From Marsupella aquatica (lineage: Eukaryota > Plantae > Marchantiophyta), in the NCBI GenBank assembly GCA_973895155.1, contig OZ316897.1, positions 15,127,375 to 15,191,374 on the forward strand: a DNA stretch of 64,000 bases, in the 5' to 3' direction. Under the pieces are notes generated by a model, which made no database searches, was not told where the DNA came from, and saw only the letters and a list, made by a program, of their open reading frames with translations. The translations under genes and the position numbers were made by a program. This document shows positions 25,227 through 37,861 of the stretch, piece by piece. Numbering within the stretch: the stretch's first letter is position 1; every line of letters begins with the position of its first letter.

Positions 25227-26444
25227 ATGCATTTCTCACCTCCTCGGTTTGTGCCCAAGATGGACATCGTAACATCCGTCTGCTCCATCTTCCATTTGCC
25301 TGTCCCTTCTACAACGACCCTCTCACTCCTCTCCACCATCGTCTGCCTGTTAATCAGCATCCGCTTCCTCATCCACTTCTTCTCTACCTCCAGACCGCGT
25401 CAGACACACATACCACCTCACAGGGAACGCGTTCTCATCCTCGGCGCTTCTAACGAGAAAGGAGTCGGCGAGGCATTGGCCCTAGCCTATGCCAGAAGGG
25501 GTTGCAGGAATCTGGTGCTTGTCGCGAGGAATGAGCAGGGTTTGGAGACCGTCAGGCAAAAATGTATCAACATGGCCAGAGAGGTAGAAGAAAGGGAGGT
25601 GAGCGGGGAAGCTCCGGTCATGAAAGACGGCGTTCAGGTGCGAGGGACAGGGGGCGTGGAGGGTAGGATCAAGACGTTCAAGGCGGATTGCTCGGATGCC
25701 AGAGACGTCGATCGTCTTAGAAGGTTCATTGAGGCCAACTTGGAAGGCATTGACACTCTGCACATATGCTTTGGAGTTTCGGCACTCCTCCCGCTCTTGG
25801 GAGTGGCTGGTGTAGATCCCATTCGTCCATCACCCAAGAGTGGTACCGCGGGCTTGAGCATCTATGCTGACGAATCAGGACTGAATGCCGTCTTTCGAGC
25901 GGTCAATCGAGCCTCGGAGGTGAACTTGACCGGGACAGCAATAGTACTAGCCGCTTTCGTTCCAATGCTGCAAACCACCTCGACTCACCCTTCTATCTCC
26001 CTCACATCTTCAGCTGCTGCGCTTTTCCCGGCACCAACAAGGTCCATCTATGGGGCTACCAAGGCGTCGCAACTTTCCTTATTCCGATCCGTGGCGATCG
26101 AATGTCAAGCCATTGCTCAAGCCCAATCCGAGCGCTCGACAGGAGGAAAGAGAAGAGCGGATATCAGGTTCTTGGCCGTCTGTCCAGGAACAATCGCCAC
26201 TTCATTCCGATCTTCGGCCGTGGACCTTAATCAAGGAGATGGCGTGCCGGACGACAGTGCATGGGGTAAAAAAGGAGAGAAGATGTTGACCAGCGAATCT
26301 GTGGCTGAGAAGACAATACTTGGGGTGGACAGGTTTCAACGGGGCGAGATCGTGATGCCTAAGGTGTATGCCCTTGCGAGATGGATTGACATGATCTACC
26401 CTTCCTTCATTGCAAAGTCAGCGAGGAAGAAGTACAATTACTAA
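25227..26444 (+). CDS. Intronless membrane-anchored short-chain dehydrogenase/reductase (SDR), fungal (basidiomycete)-like
   Basis: It has an N-terminal hydrophobic helix (LSLLSTIVCLLISIRFLIHFF), a Rossmann loop VLILGASNEKGVG, a catalytic Ser (TSSAAA), YGATK (YxxxK) and CPGTIAT. The start is probably 25227 or 25260 rather than 25065. Confidence 0.9.
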   Translation: MHFSPPRFVPKMDIVTSVCSIFHLPVPSTTTLSLLSTIVCLLISIRFLIHFFSTSRPRQTHIPPHRERVLILGASNEKGVGEALALAYARRGCRNLVLVARNEQGLETVRQKCINMAREVEEREVSGEAPVMKDGVQVRGTGGVEGRIKTFKADCSDARDVDRLRRFIEANLEGIDTLHICFGVSALLPLLGVAGVDPIRPSPKSGTAGLSIYADESGLNAVFRAVNRASEVNLTGTAIVLAAFVPMLQTTSTHPSISLTSSAAALFPAPTRSIYGATKASQLSLFRSVAIECQAIAQAQSERSTGGKRRADIRFLAVCPGTIATSFRSSAVDLNQGDGVPDDSAWGKKGEKMLTSESVAEKTILGVDRFQRGEIVMPKVYALARWIDMIYPSFIAKSARKKYNY

Positions 26445-28250
26445 GTATTGGACTAGGAACGGATGATGGAATCATTTACTCAGTCTGTGGTTGAACAGAG
26501 TGCGAAGCCCCTTCTGGCATGATATCGCAGTTGATCGCTTTTTCTACCCTCGAAATGCTAATCAAGACTGGAGGATACTACTGTACTGGGCTTTGTGGGA
26601 CGTTTGCTGGTTGAGGATGATGATCTGAATTGAACATTCCTCAGCTTGTCGATCTTCGAGCTGATGACATGCTATTCTACTGAAGCGATAGAAACCGCTG
26701 GATTGTTCATGCGCGATTTGGAACTGGACCTGCACGTTTACGAAATCAAGCGTCTCGCTATGATTCTCTTTTACGAATTTCAGTCCCGAGAATTGTGGGG
26801 AATAGTAGGATAACACATTTCGCCATCTATATTCAAGTGAAACTGGGTAGAGTTATTTCTCATGCCCGTGTTCATAAATGGTCAGGCCCAATTGATATCA
26901 AATCGACCAGATTTGTACACGCAGCACAAGGTTCAATTTGCCGTAGACGGTGAATCTGGTCAACGACCCAGGTTAGCATGTCTTCTGTTCGACAGAGTTA
27001 ATGATGTTGATGCCATGAGTTTAGGTGCTCCAGCATAATTACTTCGTATGCGTCTATGAGAAATCTTCAACTTTATGCCTTTTTCAATCAAGCTAAGGAG
27101 CGATCACTTTCTACATACTGTTTTTAGGCAGTCTTAATTTATAAGCTGTTGGAGCACGGTATTGACGAAGGACATCCCACCTCAAAGTATATTTGATTCA
27201 CTGTGCTCACTGAGCGATCATTTCCCTCTTCAGCATTTTATTTCCTACCGAGCTGTCACTTTCCTCTCCACTAGTACTGGATACAGATCATTCGCTGCAT
27301 TGACATTTCTAGTTTCTCATCCGTTGCATTTCCATTTTGCTATTGGTCAGTTGCCATTCCGTTTTGTTATTGGTCTTCAGCTGCGGTGGCAGATACCGAT
27401 AGGACCTGCACTTCCATTTACGTCGGAAGTCAGTTTCTCGCATCAATCGACGGCAGCAAAGTATATAAGGACCCCCGGGTCTCATTCCTCACTCCAAACG
27501 CTTTCGCTTTTCCTGTCTCTCAAGTCTATTTCGCTCTCTCCTCAGCCCGTGCGGACTCTCGAGCGTCGAGCTTGTCGCTGTCGTTTCGCTGAAGGACATC
27601 GTTCCAGGGGGCCCATCACTGCCCAATTATTGCTCTCTAAACTGCAACTTTCTTGTCTATCCCTGCGTTTTTCGGCCGTTGCTTTCCGATCACGTCTTCA
27701 ATAGAGAAAGGGTTCAACTTCATTTCTTCGCGAGCGCTTTCTATCGTCGAAGGTTTGCATCCATTCACAATCTTGGTGACTTCCACTTTCTTCTATTTTT
27801 GCATGCTTTCGTTCCTCACTCAACCAATCCAGGTCTTGCCCGTTTGTTCACACTTATGAATTGTAATTAGTTTGAAGGTCTTGTTTGTTGAGTTTCTGCA
27901 ATGGCGTATTTTAGCTAAACTATCTTCTCTTTTTACTCGAAAACGGCATATCCAAGCTTGGTAGAAAGTCCTGGATGCATGATGCTGCCGATTTCTGGGC
28001 ATAGCGGTCTCGATTGTGATTGAAGCCAAGACACGGACTTTTGTACTGTCTATGTACTCGAGATTAGTTCGGTTCATGATGGTAATGTGTGCAAGTTCAC
28101 TTCGTGGATGATATTCATGGCGGAACGGACTGACAAAATTGTACAGATTATGTCACCTTTGTCTGTTGAAATGAAGTCTCGGGAAAATATTAATCTACGC
28201 CCTCGTTTTGTGCTCCTAGGTTTCTTTCACAAGAATTACATTCACGCGAC

Positions 28251-29252
28251 ATGTCGTCGATCTTGGAGAACCTTCTTCCCGGCATCCCTGATGATGTTAC
28301 CTTGAACCATATCGTTACAAAGTTGACGTGGCCGACCTGTTACTCACTATCAGCAGTAAGTCTCGGCTGGGAAAAGGCAATCGAAAGTCGCTACGTCTAT
28401 GATGCAAGAGTGTACCATCAGTCAACGGAGACACTTGTTGTTGTCAAACACCAGGATTCCCAACGTAGATTCGCAGTTTCTGTGTATTCCATGAAAAACA
28501 AAGCTGTCTACCAACTTCCTCCTATCCCAAATCTTGGAAGGGGAATCCCATGGTGGTCCCAACTGATTTCACTGGGTAGTAAAGTATATCTCTTGGGGGA
28601 TGTGAAGAATGGCGATTGGCCTCGCGAGTGGACGAGTGACAAGCAGAATATTTATGTGTTTGATCTGGCGGGGAAGAGGCAGTGGGAAGTTAGGGACATT
28701 CCAGGTCCAATTTTCATGAGGTTTGCCAAGGGTGGTGCTCCCCTACGGAGAGGAGCCTCTTACGCGCGCGGTGGAAATCAGGATTACTTCATATCTGCCT
28801 GGCACACATATGATAGACACATGTGTGGTTGGAGAATGGCTTCTCCCTTCCACTCCCTTGCTTTGGACAGAAGTCCTTCGAAATATTTTGTTGCGCACGG
28901 CAAGATCTATTGGATAAGACCTGATGGCATTTTTGTGGCTGAGCTTCCAAATACTCGTCTAACCGAGCCTATAAGACAGTGGACATTTCAGCACTCAAAG
29001 ATTTCATGCGATGAAATCTGCCCAAAAGGCTCAGTCACGATTGTGCCGTTGTTTATCCTGCCTGTGAATGGCGAGGTCTTGACAATAGTGCGGTGGAAAC
29101 AGAGTGAGAGCCATGAAGGTCCTTTTCGCTATTGCCTTCTTCATAGCAAAGGCTTTGGAACCGCGAGAACACACATTGTGTGGGAGAAAGGACCAGACAG
29201 CTTTCACTTCGATGAGTACACTCCTCTTGCGATATGTCCAGTTCAGCTCTGA
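28251..29252 (+). CDS. F-box protein with degenerate kelch-type C-terminus
   Basis: N-terminal LLPGIPDDVTLNHIVTKL...LSAVSLGW F-box motif. Kelch-like segments are LPPIP, ISLGSKVYLLG, IYVFD..W and VAHGKIYW. Single coding exon. Confidence 0.85.
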   Translation: MSSILENLLPGIPDDVTLNHIVTKLTWPTCYSLSAVSLGWEKAIESRYVYDARVYHQSTETLVVVKHQDSQRRFAVSVYSMKNKAVYQLPPIPNLGRGIPWWSQLISLGSKVYLLGDVKNGDWPREWTSDKQNIYVFDLAGKRQWEVRDIPGPIFMRFAKGGAPLRRGASYARGGNQDYFISAWHTYDRHMCGWRMASPFHSLALDRSPSKYFVAHGKIYWIRPDGIFVAELPNTRLTEPIRQWTFQHSKISCDEICPKGSVTIVPLFILPVNGEVLTIVRWKQSESHEGPFRYCLLHSKGFGTARTHIVWEKGPDSFHFDEYTPLAICPVQL

Positions 29253-30163
29253 GCAGTGGTTCGTGAGCCGATTTCTCAGGCCACTCTTTTGTGGAAGTGT
29301 ACATATTCCTTGGGAGGAGATTGATGGGGTCACTACAGGATCGATAGACCCGTCGACATTGCAGAGGAGAGTTATTGGGAATCGATCGATTGGGTATTAA
29401 TTTTCATTATGGAGAGGACATTGTTTAGTATTCTGGTTCAGCGTTTTTCTAAGCTGGCATGAGGATTACAATTAGACCAAAGTTCTCTTGGAAAACATTT
29501 TCCCCTGTACATAGCAATTTGGTTTTTATTTTGTTACGAAACCCTGTACATAGCAAACAATTTTTATTTAGGGACGATTGTAAGATGTTGCCATCCGCAC
29601 ATTTCAGATTGGCAATGACATCTTGTCAACTTATTGCGAACCAAAACCTTCAGGGTTGAGTAGATTTTTGAGGCTGCAATATGCCAATTCACCTTTCAGT
29701 ATTTTGTCTTACGAGCCTCAATGGCCATTCTTTGAATTTGCCCCCATCCGTGTGTTTGATATTCACTCATTTGTGTCTTTATTAGTTTTGTGTTTATCTG
29801 GAGTTATGATCTAGAATCTTTAGTCTTGAAGTCTAGACCCCAACTTAAGCTGTTTGTGCTTTATAACTAAGATTGAGATTTTCTTGTTTGTATTTTTAAA
29901 TCAATTTGCCATAGCAAGGTGCATCACGTGTATTCTTCAGATTCTAAATTACTTTGCACCTTATCCAAGCCCTTTAGCAAATCTTATGGAATACCTGCGC
30001 ATAGAGAAAGATTCTCCTCAAATATTTTAGAATATCTGTCAAAGGAGAGATTCTGTCTCCTGTCAAGTAAAAAATGACATTTAGAAATATGGACACCTCC
30101 TGATTCTTCTCCTACTATTGTTTCCTAAGTTTATGGTTTTTTATTCTCATTACCTAAGGCAAG

Positions 30164-30188
30164 TTAGGGTTTAGGGGTTTAGGGTTTA
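30164..30188 (+). repeat. Short interstitial plant telomere-like motif (TTTAGGG)x~3
   Basis: ttagggtttaggggtttagggttta. Similar 2-copy motifs occur near 35648 and 42668. Confidence 0.5.
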
Positions 30189-32489
30189 ACCTCTTATGTG
30201 CACAACTTTACAACTTTTGATTGATTTGAGTGTCATTAGGGCACAAGGGGTCCGTACCTAATGTGAACTTGTACTTTTAGTCTTCATTATGTGAAATGTA
30301 CTTTTCTTTGGCATGTGTTTTACTTTTACTCTTGTATTTTATCTGGCTCAATCTTATCAAATACTATACAATAGCCATCTACACATCACTACAAGACAAA
30401 AAAAAAATGGGAACATGTTCCAGGATGAGCACAATGGCAAACCAAAAGCTTCAAGGGCAAGCCAATTCAGGAATCTAACTGTTAAATCAGCAGGTTTTCA
30501 AGGACCACAGGCTCTAGTCTTTCTCCTCTTCCCCTTGGAAATCTACCTATATTTCTGGCATCGTGGACACACTGCTGTGCATCCCACACATAAGGTTGAG
30601 AAGTGGAGGGGAACTCTGGGCAGACCATTGCCTGTAAATATTGCCTAAAAATACTGGTAAAATCCTCCCCTGTTCTTACCTGTCAGTTAGCCATAAGATA
30701 ATTAAGTTGACCCATTACCCTAACCCAATAGGGCTTGTCAAAACATGACCGTAAATTAAGTTGACTCACTACTATAACCCAATAGGGCATGTCAAAACAC
30801 CATAAGTGAGGTATGGCCAAGCACATAAAACAGCAGAATAGAAAATACCTATATACATATTACTATAGCCATGAGACCTTCATTATGACTGCTTTGACAC
30901 AACCTCAGTGTCAAACCCTGAAAGGCTGCCAAAGAAACCCCAGCCCAGAAGGACAAGTTTTGGACTTTGGGCACAAGCTGTAAACCACTTTGCAAGTAAT
31001 CATTTTAATTCTGGGAAAACCTGTGTGGCCGTGACCTAAGCAAGCACATATGTTCAACTCCATCACTTTAGTTCCAAGAAAACCTATGTGACAGTGGCCT
31101 CACTTTAGTTCCGGGAGAACCTGTGTGACCGCATCAGGTACAAGAAAATCTGTGACAATTGCCGGAGCCAAACCCGAGAGGTTTGAGACACCCTAATCAA
31201 ACTCACACATGTGACAAAGGTCTTGTCATAGACCAAAGTTGTCAACTACTGCTGTGATGACCAGACAGTAACAGTAACTTGAGTTAACACCAATTCCCAT
31301 AACCCATTAGTCCATCACAAGTTTTGAGACACCTCAACAAAACTCACGCATGGTGCAAGTTTGCCGGTCAAGACTGTGATCACAGGAATTGGAGCAGAAA
31401 TTTAGCTGAAGGAAATTGAATTCAAATACAGGGATCTGATTTTATAGGTAGCTCGTAGTAGTTGTGAAATTTAGGCAGAAGGGGGCCAGTCATCATATCC
31501 CTGGGAAATTGGTCTGTTATCTGATTTGATAGGGACCCTGTAGTTGTTGTGAATTTTGAGTTGTTGTGAATTTTGAGAAGGGTGCCAATCATCATATCCC
31601 TGGGAAATTGTTCTTGTTGAGATTCATTATCGAAGCGAATTAGACCTTCCTCAGCTTGTTGTGGTGGTCTTAGGTTTGAAGCTTAGATTCTTTGGTTCTG
31701 TTGTCACGGAAAAACCTCAACTAGGTCCACTCATTGGGCACCATGATTGATTACTACTTCTGCGAGAAAGTGGTAAGATAAGGATGGAACACTGCTGTCG
31801 TCCTGTGACGTGAGTGTTTGAGCAAAGGTCTTGTATATAGACCCTGGTTTGTAATGAGGCCTTGTCGTAGACCAAAGATGTCAACTAGTGATCTGATGAC
31901 CAGGAACAATATCATCAGTTCCACTCGACGTATACTAGTTGGCAATCATCAGAAGCAGCACAGAAAGACTCGCAATATCATGACTTGTCAGTCTATCAAG
32001 TGTACCAATCAATCTATAAGTATATAGTTGCAATTAAAAGCTATTGCCTGGGCCTACTGTCTACAGAGTGAAGCCTCTAACCCATGACTCTAAGGAGAAT
32101 TGAAATGAGAGGCAAGAAAAAACCAAGGATAGAGGTAGGCTGTGACCCTAAGGGCATAACTGCAAGTGATGATGATGCAGACGGAAACATAAACACATCA
32201 CAACCCAAATTTGGGCCCGGGGCAAGTAATGAGCCCAAGAAATCATGTATTTACAAAGTTAGTAATGCACATCTACCTATACTATCTATTTTCTTCTGTT
32301 GGACCAGTGGACCGTGCCTCCCTTGACAAGCTCTTGGTACCCATTTAATGCATCCTGTTACACTTGTATGTTCGTATTCCCGAGAGCAGGGAGGACTGAG
32401 GACACCAAATCCTCAAAACATGTCCCGACCGGTGCCCTCCTTTGACTAAAACAGTTTTTTGTAGCCTGTGATGGGCTATGCAAGAGGCG

Positions 32490-32950
32490 CGAATTTCCTC
32501 CCTTCCTTACATTCTTTTCGTTTTCTTTCCTTTCCTCTGGTTGTATCGAGTCTTCTCGACGTTTTCCTGCCCTCTTATTCCTCTTTCCTTTCATTACTCT
32601 TTCCTTCCCTTTCGTCTGGTTGTATCTCGTCTTCTCGACCTTCTCCTTCCCTTTCCTTTGGTTGTATCTCGTCTTCTCGACCTTCTCCTTCCTTTCCTCT
32701 GGTTTCATCTCATCATCTGGACCTTCTCCTTTCCTTTCCTTTCTTTTCCTTCGGTTGCATCTCGCCTTCTCGACCTTCTCCTTTATTCCTTTCCATTCCT
32801 CTAGTTGTATCTGGCCTTCGCATCTCCTTTCCTCTTCTTTCCCTTTCCTTTGTCCCCTTTCCTTTCATTCCTCTTTCCTTTCCTTTAGTCTGGTTGTATC
32901 TCGTCTTCCCGACCTTCTCTTTTCCTTTCCTCTGGTTCTATCTCACCTCT
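32490..32950. repeat. Pyrimidine-rich minisatellite (ggttgtatctcgtcttctcgaccttctccttccctttcc units)
   Basis: Repeated ~40-bp CT-rich units immediately downstream of the REF gene stop. Confidence 0.85.
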
Positions 32951-33026
32951 TCGTGTTGATTTTTATGATCCAAATCGAGGGCCTCTCTTCCCCAAACAAC
33001 AACGATCTGTTTTCCAGGGGCTGTTC

Positions 33027-34937
33027 TTACTCGGATCTCGAATTCTTCTTGAAATAATTCACTGGCAGAAGCGGCAGAAACGAGACTAGGGGCAGTCGAC
33101 TCCCTTTCACAGTGATAATGATGTTATTGACGTTATCGGCAGCATAAAGAGAGCAAGCGACAGCTTCGGGAACCAAGGGGAACGTCAGCGCTTTCTTGAA
33201 TGCCTGGGTTCCATAGGCTTCGACGACTGGCTCATACTTGTCGAAATAAGCTTTAGCTGTTCCATAGATTCCGTCTTGCTGGACTTCGTCTACTGTGGAT
33301 TTCGTGGCATCATATGCCTTCCGGCTCAATTCTTTCACAGTGGGTGGCAGGACGCCATCCAAGACATGGACTCCGTAGTCAAGCTGCGGCCAAATGAGTT
33401 GCCTGCACTGTTAGTCGTGCAGAAGTGCATTGGCTCTATCCATCGATGTCTGCTGTCTCCCTTCGTGGAATTGAGTGAAAAGTTTCGAGGCAAATATATA
33501 CTTAGGTGCACTGACTGAAGTCGCCGACTTGAACGAAAATAGAGTGAAAAGTTTCGAGGCAAATATATAGGTGCACTGACTCAAGTCGCCGAAGAGACAA
33601 ATATAATCTATCCACGAAGAGTATGAAAAACACAACGTTGACAAGGCCTCGTGGAATCGATCTTGGACATACCTTTCGGTCTAGAAACACCAGAATCTCC
33701 GTTTGCTTAAAGTGAACCCTCTGGTAGATTGGTCGAACTATCTTCATCACGGTTACCTCGATTCTCTCAATACCTGGCTTCAAGGGACCGGAATGATCCT
33801 TCGTGATCAAATACAACGAAGTGAAGTAAACTGTCACTTGGACAACTGCCGCAGGAAAAACCCACAAGTATTTCAGGTTCCGACGCGTAGAGATCGTCTC
33901 CTGTACAGCAATAATTTTGAGTAAATTTTCAGTGTCCTGTTAGCGAATTGGAGAACAGATGAGAGTCGATTATGGAAGGAGAACGTAGACCAGGGCCACG
34001 GGCTTTAATAAAATTTCAAAGCAAGCCTCGGATACGGATAGTAAACTAGTGAGCGAGGGAACTTGAGTTCAACAATTCCAAAGCAACACAAATCACGAAT
34101 GCTGACATAGATTAGAGCAAGCAAGAGATAGTCGGACTCCTGTCCATAAAACTGAGATGTTCAAGCTATCAAGTTAAATTTACAGATGTGGAGCGCGAGG
34201 TCGGAAGTTCTGAACAAACAGTCTGCTACTATTTGTCAATCTCTGTAAAATGGACTTCAAGTTCACGGATGAAAAGAATTCCAAAATATGCCTTCCGAAG
34301 TTGACCCGGGCACTCTGTCAAAGGCAGCCTTGAAATGGACAGGGTGGTGCTGAAAATACCCTGGGGAATACATGGACCATTCCATTCCATGCCAGGACTT
34401 CATCCAAGGCTCCTGGTTCCTGAAACACACAGTGCACTACATCCTAAGTGTCCACCTTACAACGATTCAATATCAACTAGACCTCTTAACTCCAGACCTA
34501 GCGAGACCCATCAACGCCAAGTTAAACACAGGATACCAGAGCACGACGAGTTACAAATTGACATCCATCATTGCCTAACGTGAAGGCTAACCCGGCCTTC
34601 GAAAATAATAGAATTGGGCTAAAAGTCCACGGTATTGATCTCAAGCTAGTGAACGACGCTTGCCTAAATTCATTCACTACTGAATCTCTCGCATTCAGGG
34701 GAGCTTGATCTTTCGACAGAAAGAATGAACCAGAGGCCAACAACGAATTCACATGGACCTCTGTCTCCGTACACTCTCAAGCTCAGCTCGAGAGATCGTA
34801 CTACTCATTCATACCTCTATCGACTCAATCATGGTACAACAACTTTCCTCACATCCTCTTGAGCAACATCCTCTTGAACAACAACCATAAGGCAAACAAG
34901 GCTCACAGAGACATACCTGACCTTCCGCCTGAGTCAT
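33027..34937 (-). CDS. Rubber elongation factor / SRPP (LDAP) family lipid-droplet protein. Exons 33900-33673 and 33383-33027 plus a short first exon (34937-34917 or 34832-34815)
   Basis: Motifs LKYL, KDHSGPLKPGIERIE, FLDRK|LD, KYEPVVE, FPLVPE and VSFLPLLP match the REF family. The junctions are phase-0 GT-AG. There are two candidate ATG micro-exons, MTQAEGQ|gtatgt and MIESIE|gtatga. Confidence 0.88.
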
Positions 34938-35742
34938 GTTTTCCGAGACGTAGAGCGCACGAAATAATCCAAATAGGCCGAAATTGAAACCGTCACGGTA
35001 TTGGATCTCAACAAAAAGCTTCCCAGATTTCGAAAGATCGAAACCAGCTAGGAAGTGGTCCCCAACGAATATTGTCCTCGTCTTCCTCAGCGAACGTCAA
35101 TTCACTCTGCTTCGATTCGTCACCTTCAACAAGTTCACACGACATAGAAAGCAAATTTAGACCTACTGAAAATGTGGACTATCGCTTCCTAACATCAAAC
35201 CATCTTCAGACATCAAAGCTAGACGTCGAATGCTACTGGCCTGTTCTTGACGCAGCAAATTAGAACCGCATCTGCAATTCAGAATTCATATATTAAACTC
35301 TTTGCAATTAGCAGCATTCCCAGAAATGCAGCCAACCGTTCAAATCAGACCAGTGAAGCATTTTTAATGACGCACCAAAGGCTAAGGACGTTTGGAGAAA
35401 CTACAATCAAGCGTGACACCAAAAAACTCGAGTAGCAACATTCAAAGACATCATATCGATGCGCGTCTCACCACTCTAACGAACAAAAGTCCAACTGCCC
35501 GGAAAGCACCATTCAGCTCTCAAAAATCCCCGGTTGGGACAATTCAAGAACCTAGTAATTCGCCGTTGAATATTCTATTATCCCACTCTAGTACTCTAGC
35601 AATTCTAGAGACTTCAGGATCACCAGTGCATTAAGTTCTTCATAAAAACCCTAAACCCTGAACGAAAGATTTCAGGGCCAAAATTTTCAACAGAAAGCTC
35701 TGCAGATCCGCCCAGTTCCCCCACCTCGTAGTCCCTTCTCTA

Positions 35743-36222
35743 TGCTAAAGCTGAATTTCGTTCGTTAATGCTCTATCGCTGTGTCCGACCGAGCTGGACC
35801 TTCATGCAGGCGGAGGAAGGGTGCAGCGGCAGAATCCCGCTGTCTCATACAGCGGAAGAACGTCACCCCTCAACAAATGGGTTACGTGGACCTGGGCTTG
35901 GGAAGGTCGGTCGATTACAAATCTCAAGCTCATCTGGTAGCAAGGTAGAGGAAATAATCACTGCCTCAGCTTAAGAAGAAACTATCACCTTACCAGAAGA
36001 AATTTGCCTCGACTCCCGTCCTCCTGTATAATCGACCTCTTCTGAAGCCGTCCTCTCGACCCCGTCCTGCTCACTTCCACTTCAGGTTTCTCAGTGGTAC
36101 CTCCTCAGTGCCCAACTCAACTCTTGCTCCCACTTTTACACCTTCTCTTCTCGCTAGTACCGCCTCCTCAGTATGACGCGCAATTCAACTCTCCCTCCCA
36201 CTTTCGCACCATCTCTTCTCCG
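35743..36222 (-). repeat. Right arm of the ~480-bp diverged inverted repeat (partner 24185-24672)
   Basis: Its reverse complement aligns collinearly with 24185-24672. Confidence 0.9.
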
Positions 36223-36224
36223 GA

Positions 36225-36640
36225 GAAGGACGAGAACAATAGGAAAGAGCAGGAGGAGAAGGATAGACAAAAGAAGGAAGAGAACGATGAAAACAAGAAC
36301 GAAAGTGACGAGAGGGAAGAGAAAGACAGGGGAATGATAGAAAAAAGAAGGAAGAGAACGACAGGAAAGAGCAAGTGGAGAAAGACAGGAAAGAAAGCAA
36401 AGCAAGGGAAGAGAAAGAGGAGAAGGATAGAAAAGAGAAGGAAGAGGACAAAGAGATATATTCCAAACTGCCAAAATAGAAAGGGAGCCTAACCGAGAGA
36501 CATGATCACTCAGGCAAAAGACCCAATCAAAGGGGGGCAACCAAAAGGCCAGGAAAGAGAAGCAAGGGAAGAGAGGAAAAGAGGAAAGAAAGAGAAAGAG
36601 GAGAAGAATAGAAAAGAGAAGGGAAAAAATGATAAGAAAG
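36225..36640. repeat. Purine-rich (GA/GAA) low-complexity tract
   Basis: Repeated gagaaggatagaaaagagaaggaag-type units. Confidence 0.8.
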
Positions 36641-37861
36641 AGCTGGTAATCAGGTTACTGTAATCACAAAACAGAGCACTTGGTAAAGACAAACAACTGA
36701 TGCACACAATAGACTCACTTCAACCAGTCACATGTTCAGCATTTAATAGTCTTCTGTAGCTCTTTTGGATTATACTGATAATGACCAGAAAAAGTTGTGT
36801 CACTAGAAGGCGCACATGTTCAGCATTTAATAGTCTTCTGTAGCTCTTTTGGATTATACTGATACTGACCAGAAAAACTGAAAAAGTTCTGTGTCACTAG
36901 AGGCGTCAGAACCCACTTTTGGGGGATTATGTAAAACGTTCCGATTGTCACTAGATTATGTGTGTAAAGTTTGTTGGAATCAAAAAAACTTGTGAGCGTA
37001 AATAGAGGCGTATGAACACCCCTTTTGGGGGGAATGCTCGCTACAAAAGCAACCGGCGAGCTTCGAACCCGACACCGTCGCTCCCCTCCCGTCCTAGCAA
37101 TAGCCCATGAAGTGCAGGATGTTCAAGCATGGGTCTTCTAGGTATTTATTTTCATTTTGTGGGCATCGAACCTGCAACTACCGGCTACCGACTAATGGAG
37201 CTGGTGCGTTAATAGCATACTAATGGAGCTGGTGCGTTAATAGCATTTAATGTGAATCCTGTGATTTATAGAAGGAAATCACAATACGCTTGTTCGGGAC
37301 ACAGGTGACGAATGCGCAAATTGTTCCCAGTATGAAGCACGCGTGGAGGGGAAGATCGATGTTGTGCTGTAATTGGTGAAGTTATGGAGGAAGCGTTTCT
37401 CGTAAGCTGCCTCAATTCAATCAAACTTCTCTCTGAAGCTGCGCCTCATTCAGTCCGACAATCTGATCGTATCAGGATAATAGAAAGGATCAATTGAACT
37501 TCGCATAATACAAACTTACTGTGATAGCTCTAGCCCGACGATCAGCACTGCAGTTTTGATGCACACAGTGAGATTCAATACTAGTGAACTACTAATTTTA
37601 AGTCCGGACTCAAAAAACGTGGCTCTTTATATTCGACAGCTTAGAGAGTATTTCTCCCTGTATCGACTACTGACTGGTCTTGGATGGGCACTGATCTTAG
37701 AACCTCCACTGTACATGTGCTCTAAGTCTTTGCCTTTCAATCATATATGCAAGGCCCGCATCAACTGATAACATCGAACCTTAGAAATTGATTTCCCTCT
37801 CGGTCCGCGAAACAATGTGTCCACAAACATCACTCGTTTCCTCACACTTGTCTGTATCCAT

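Noticed and set aside
32358-33057. ORFs of 108-163 aa over the CT-rich tract
   Set aside because: They are artefacts of a low-complexity minisatellite lacking stop codons.
36094-36707. Lys/Glu/Arg-rich and Phe/Ser/Leu-rich ORFs
   Set aside because: They are translations of a GA-rich simple repeat with no domain signal.
37050-37230. Minus-strand B-box-like motifs (ggttcgaagc, ggttcgatgcc) suggesting a tRNA or SINE
   Set aside because: No cloverleaf, clear A-box, tail or TSD could be built. At most these are decayed SINE remnants.
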